From: Macrostomum lignano | Lineage: Eukaryota | Assembly: GCA_002269645.1 (NCBI GenBank) | Contig: NIVC01004356.1 | Coordinates: 1 to 48,931, forward strand | Direction of reading: 5' to 3' | Length of the DNA stretch: 48,931 nt | Shown: piece after piece, positions 44,626-48,931 of the stretch | How the letters are laid out: every line of letters begins with the position of its first letter | Position numbering within the stretch: the stretch's first letter is position 1 | Notes under the pieces: model-generated | The model's database searches: none | What the model was told of the DNA's origin: nothing | The model's input: only the letters and a program-made list of their open reading frames with translations | Program-made: the position numbers and the translations under genes

Positions 44626-46195
44626 CCCTCTGGATCCCTACAGCTACACACTCCTGCAAATGACATTAAGCCACAGTATCGTCAGACTCAATATTAGCAG
44701 AGGCAGTGCGGCCCGCAGTCGATTTGCGGAACCAGAGCCGATATTATATTTGAGGAGAAAATGAGCTAGCCGATCTGACAACTGTCATTCAGAAATATTT
44801 TTATCAGCTCCGAACTCCTTCAGTCTGTCCGAGTCTTAACTTCCCCTTTTTTCTGCTTCAAGATAACACCGGCAGCCTCCTCGCCCCCCTGGGGAGCGAC
44901 AGTCAGCCAGCTGATATGAGGCTGATGGGGCAGCTCAGCCTCCCCTGTCCCTTCTCCTACCAAACTGTCACGCCTGACTGCAGCGTGAAGGACTCCCGAC
45001 CAAAGATGAAGACCTCCCAGCCTCCCCTAAGTCATCCCTTACTTTCACCCTTTGCTCTCCTCCTTACTCTCTCTCTTTTCTCCCTTAATCCTCGTGGGAC
45101 GATTTTAGTGAGTTAGCAGGGATGGCAGTGAAACGAAACAGTTAATTCAAACTTGATCTCTTGTTCGCTTTGGTTGTGGGAAGTCCGCATTCAGTCGGGC
45201 CTCGTCTGTTTAGCTTCCTGTCGATTTTTAATATTTTAATATTGTACGAATTCAATAATTACTCAATCTAACTACACAGGCAGCTACAGCTGAGGGGATT
45301 ATAGCTCAGTGTAACTAACAATCCCCCAGTATGTTGAGAGGCAAAATTATATCGAGTCGAATTTTAAGTCAAATTCAAACGTCATTTGCGCACAAACGAA
45401 CCCGCATTACCGCAGAATTTGCCTCCCCCGCTTAACACCTGCCTTCTTGCCTTCTCTCCTCTCCTCTCTCTTCTGTCTTCTCCTCTCTTCTCTTCTCTCC
45501 CACTCCTCCTGCTCAGCATAATTTCAACCAGCAACTGGAGGCCAAGAGCAGCAGAGGAAGCCTAGAAAACAAAAAAAGGAATCCAACCCCCCCCCCCCCC
45601 CTGCAGTGCGGCAGTTCAGCCTAGGGTTGGAAAACACGGGCTTATGGCTTATGTGGTTCGAACTGACTGCGTGAGTTGGTAGTGCGCTTCGGCCTGTGCC
45701 TTCTGTGTTTCTGGCCCGACTCCGGCCGCTCTCTCTGCTCACTCCTCTCACTGCAGTGCTGAGCCAGTATATGCTCATATTACATATCGCGACTGCAACA
45801 GTTGAATTTCAATTCTAACTAACCAAGCATTTTATATGGTCTCTAAGCTCTGTTTAGTAAAATAAGGACCGCTGAAGTTGGGAGTTGAAATTGGTGGACA
45901 TAACTTTGTTGGAGCTCAGAACTGCACCGTGTTTCGGGGGGGGGGGTGAGGAAAGGGAGGACTCGGGAGAGAACAAGGGGTTTACCGCATGAGCCCGGCG
46001 CAACAACTTCCCAGTGGAGAGGACTTTTGAACTGCAGGCTGATTAAATAAGTTGGGCGGTTTTGGCGAAAATAATGGCGTGTGCGACAGTGCTGTGTCAA
46101 ACTGCTGTGACAGAATCCACGAAGGTCACAGGTGAAACCAAACTGCCGCTTCCATGCAGGCTGAGACAGGGGTAGGGAGAGCTCAGGGCTTTGAG

Positions 46196-46700
46196 GCATC
46201 TGACACAAATTATAAAACTGTCAGTACGGCTTTGAGGTATCTGACACAGATTATAAAACTGTCAGTAGGGCTTTGAGACATCTGACACACATTATAAAAC
46301 TGTCAGTAGGGCTTTGAGGCATTTGACACACATTATAAAACTGTCAGTACGGCTTTGAGGCATCTGACACACATTATAAAACTGTCAGTAGAGCTTTGAG
46401 GCATCTGACACACATTATAAAACTGTCAGTACGGCTTTGAGGCATCTGACACAGATTATAAAACTGTCAGTATGGCTTTGAGGTGTCTGACACACATTAT
46501 AAAACTGTCAGTAGAGCTTTGAGGCATCTGACACAGATTATAAAACTGTCAGTATGGCTTTGAGGTGTCTGACACAGATTATAAAACTGTCAGTAGAGCT
46601 TTGAGGCATCTGACACACATTATAAAACTGTCAGTAGAGCTTTGAGGCATCTGACACACATTATAAAACTGTCAGCACTGCTCTGAAGCATCTGACACAT
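46196..46700. repeat. 41-bp tandem repeat, about 12 copies, in the ONECUT intron
   Basis: Unit GTCAGTA(G/C)GGCTTTGAGGCATCTGACACACATTATAAAACT, with an internal TGTCAG...CTGACA inverted repeat. Confidence 0.93.
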
Positions 46701-48639
46701 CTGAAAAGCAAGAATTAAAAAATGCTAATTTACAAATAGAAAATGGAGGGCAAGTCGAACGCTGTGCTAGTGAAATCCTGAACTCACGGTCCGTTAGTTG
46801 CAGAAGATGTTAAAGGAAAAACTCAAGAGAGAGTTTCTCTCCCATTCTCTGCCTGATTATAGCTTTCGGAAACAAGCGGCTGCTTGATTGCTTTCAGCAG
46901 ACCCGCCCAACTCCAACTCCAAACTGCAGCTTCAGCACGACTGATTTAAATTGCAACCATTTAGCAGCCGTCTGTCATTTTCTGCTTCTCAAAGATTGAA
47001 AATTTCTGCCCTAGGGGCTGGGTTTGCCTTGACTTAGCGGTCGCTAAGGAAGTGGGTCCACCATCAGGCTGCCCAGACATTCAGAAAGGCCTAATTTCCA
47101 GTGCTTTCTGGCCTCTTCTGCCATCTTTTTGCCCGGAACTGGATGCTACTGAAGGGGCAGGGCACTTGACAGACAATTATTGACAAATGAAAGCCTACTT
47201 GAGACACTGCAGTGTCCAACAAGAACTGGTTGCAGTAACTGACAAATTTTTTGTTGTCAACAACAATTTAGATATAGAAAGCTGTAAAAAATAACCGAAA
47301 GGATTAAATTGAAACAGGTTGGGAGACTGTTGGGAGCTGCCAAGCTGAGGGGAGGAGCACCTGGCCTGTATTTTAGCACATTCAAGCTGGCGAAGCCCCT
47401 TTGCCTTGCTAGTTGGGATTTGGTGCATAGGCCCAGCCCAGCCCTGTCAATAATTTATCCCCACGCACTTCCCACAACTCCCCATGGCTCTGCAGAGCTG
47501 CATGGCAAAATAAATCGAGCCTCCTGCTTAAACAGCACAAAAGTTTGTCTTCATCCGCCAAAGAAGCAAGCTGACTCAATTCAGGTGGAGCAAACTGAGA
47601 CCGGGGGAGAGAGAGATGGGAAAAAAGCTGAGAAGTAGGCAAAGTAGGTTGGGAGAAAAAACTACTAAGAAATTATCCCGAAGAGGTTTTTTTACCTTCC
47701 GCCCCCCTCCAGCTGCCGATGAGGGCTTGCCGTGTGGCTTAGCTAATCCCCTTGTGTTGAAAACCCGGCCGGCGGGACAAATCCCCGGACAAGCCCAGCG
47801 AGACACGAACGATCCCCCCCTCACTTGTGGTTCCCCCGAACCAATTTTGCGGCACCGAAGTCCCATCTGAATTGTTGTCTTCGACTGACATTCAGTACAG
47901 GAAATTTTCTGTCGCAAGGCAGGACCCGCGAGTGAGATACTGCGATTCTGCTAGCCTTAGTTATAACTTAGCAGCAAGCCGAACACTATAGGTATAGCTA
48001 GCGGGCCCAGCTCCGGGCGACACTGGCCTTACACGGCCGGCTACCCCAAATCCTTCTCCCCTCCTCCCCACAGCCCCTTGTTCAAGGAGCCTCTTCACAA
48101 CTGCTCAGCTTCCCAACTCTCTATCTCTGCAGCAGAGATTGGCGGCCAGAGGCAGCCAGCCAAGTTGATGATGTAGCATAAGGGGCGGAGGCTGGATCGG
48201 CCCTGCTCGACCAAGTGAGTCCAAAATACCCCCTCTCTCTCTCCCTCTCTCTCCTCTTTATTCCCACTTCTATGCATTAGGGATGCGCAGACTCCCAGTT
48301 CCCAAGCTTCTTCAAATCTCCATTGCTGGTGGCGTCTGTCCCCTTCTTTCAATTATTGCTGTTTCTCTGTTTCACGCGTGATGGCGACACGGTTTGGCTG
48401 AAATCTCCCGAGATTCCACTCGACTGGCTGCCGGTGCCGATCCAGGTGCAATTTTCTCTTTCGACTCTTTTTCTTTACAGGAAATCACCGACACGATGCG
48501 AAATCGTCATTTGGACTGTACTGAGCTGTCAGTGTTTCTCACGCTGCTCAATGGGGCGCTGATGTTCACGGGTTCAGTTGTAGTAGCCAGGTGTTTTAGA
48601 CTAATTTTACCTGCACCTCGGCTGCTTCTGGAAGCGCTA

Positions 48640-48931
48640 ATCTGAGGGACTCTTAATCTGGGGGTGCTAAGCTGAGAGACTCTTAATCTGGGGGGTGCTA
48701 AGCTGAGGGACTCTTAATCTGGGGGTGCTAATCTGAGGGACTCTTAATCTGGGGGCTAAGCTGAGGGACTCTTATCCTGGGGGTGCTAAGCTGAGGGACT
48801 ATTAATCTGAGGGGGGTGCTAATCTGGGGCCACTAATCTGGGGGGCGCTAATATGGGAGGCGCTAATCTGGGGGCGCTAATCTGGGGCTCTAATCTGGGG
48901 GCGCTAATCTGGGGGCTCTAATCTGGGGGCG
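48640..48931. repeat. G-rich (TAATCTGGGGG...)n minisatellite running off the right edge
   Basis: Units of 15-25 bp with G4-G6 runs. Confidence 0.9.

Noticed and set aside
43927-44697. 256-aa ORF with SPTGL repeats
   Set aside because: It arises from the 15-bp minisatellite, which is open on both strands.
45290-45329. tRNA-like start GGGGATTATAGCTCAGT
   Set aside because: It folds as a simple hairpin (GGGGATT...AATCCCC) with no anticodon arm, T-loop or B box.
42181-48931. ONECUT homeodomain exon (CKRKE...KKPRLVFT)
   Set aside because: It was looked for by eye and in the ORF track and not found; it is presumably beyond the window.

Overview
This is eukaryotic animal genomic DNA, with GC-rich exons, GT-AG introns and many micro- and minisatellites. 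The style suggests a free-living flatworm such as Macrostomum (inference only). Genes from left to right are: the 5' part of a DEG/ENaC channel (-); two tandem paralogues with a Zn-finger-like, coiled-coil and NHL architecture (-), the first frameshifted and the second intact with a deleted Tc1/mariner-like element in its intron; an intronless GT32 (DXD) glycosyltransferase (+); a complete 7-exon G-alpha-o gene (354 aa, +); an ORF made of 11-aa repeats (+); a KChIP-type neuronal calcium sensor (-); a 6-exon calexcitin-like EF-hand gene with a myristoylation motif (+); and the CUT-domain exon of a ONECUT gene whose homeodomain exon was not found in the window. A TA-flanked MITE is also present. 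The most unusual structure is that most long introns and spacers in the 15-49 kb neuronal block are filled by their own distinct tandem arrays. Several array units match known regulatory motifs: ACUAAC branch-point/QKI, YCAY, ATCRAT (ONECUT) and GCGCCAAA (E2F). All exon coordinates were read by eye, and no database searches were run.
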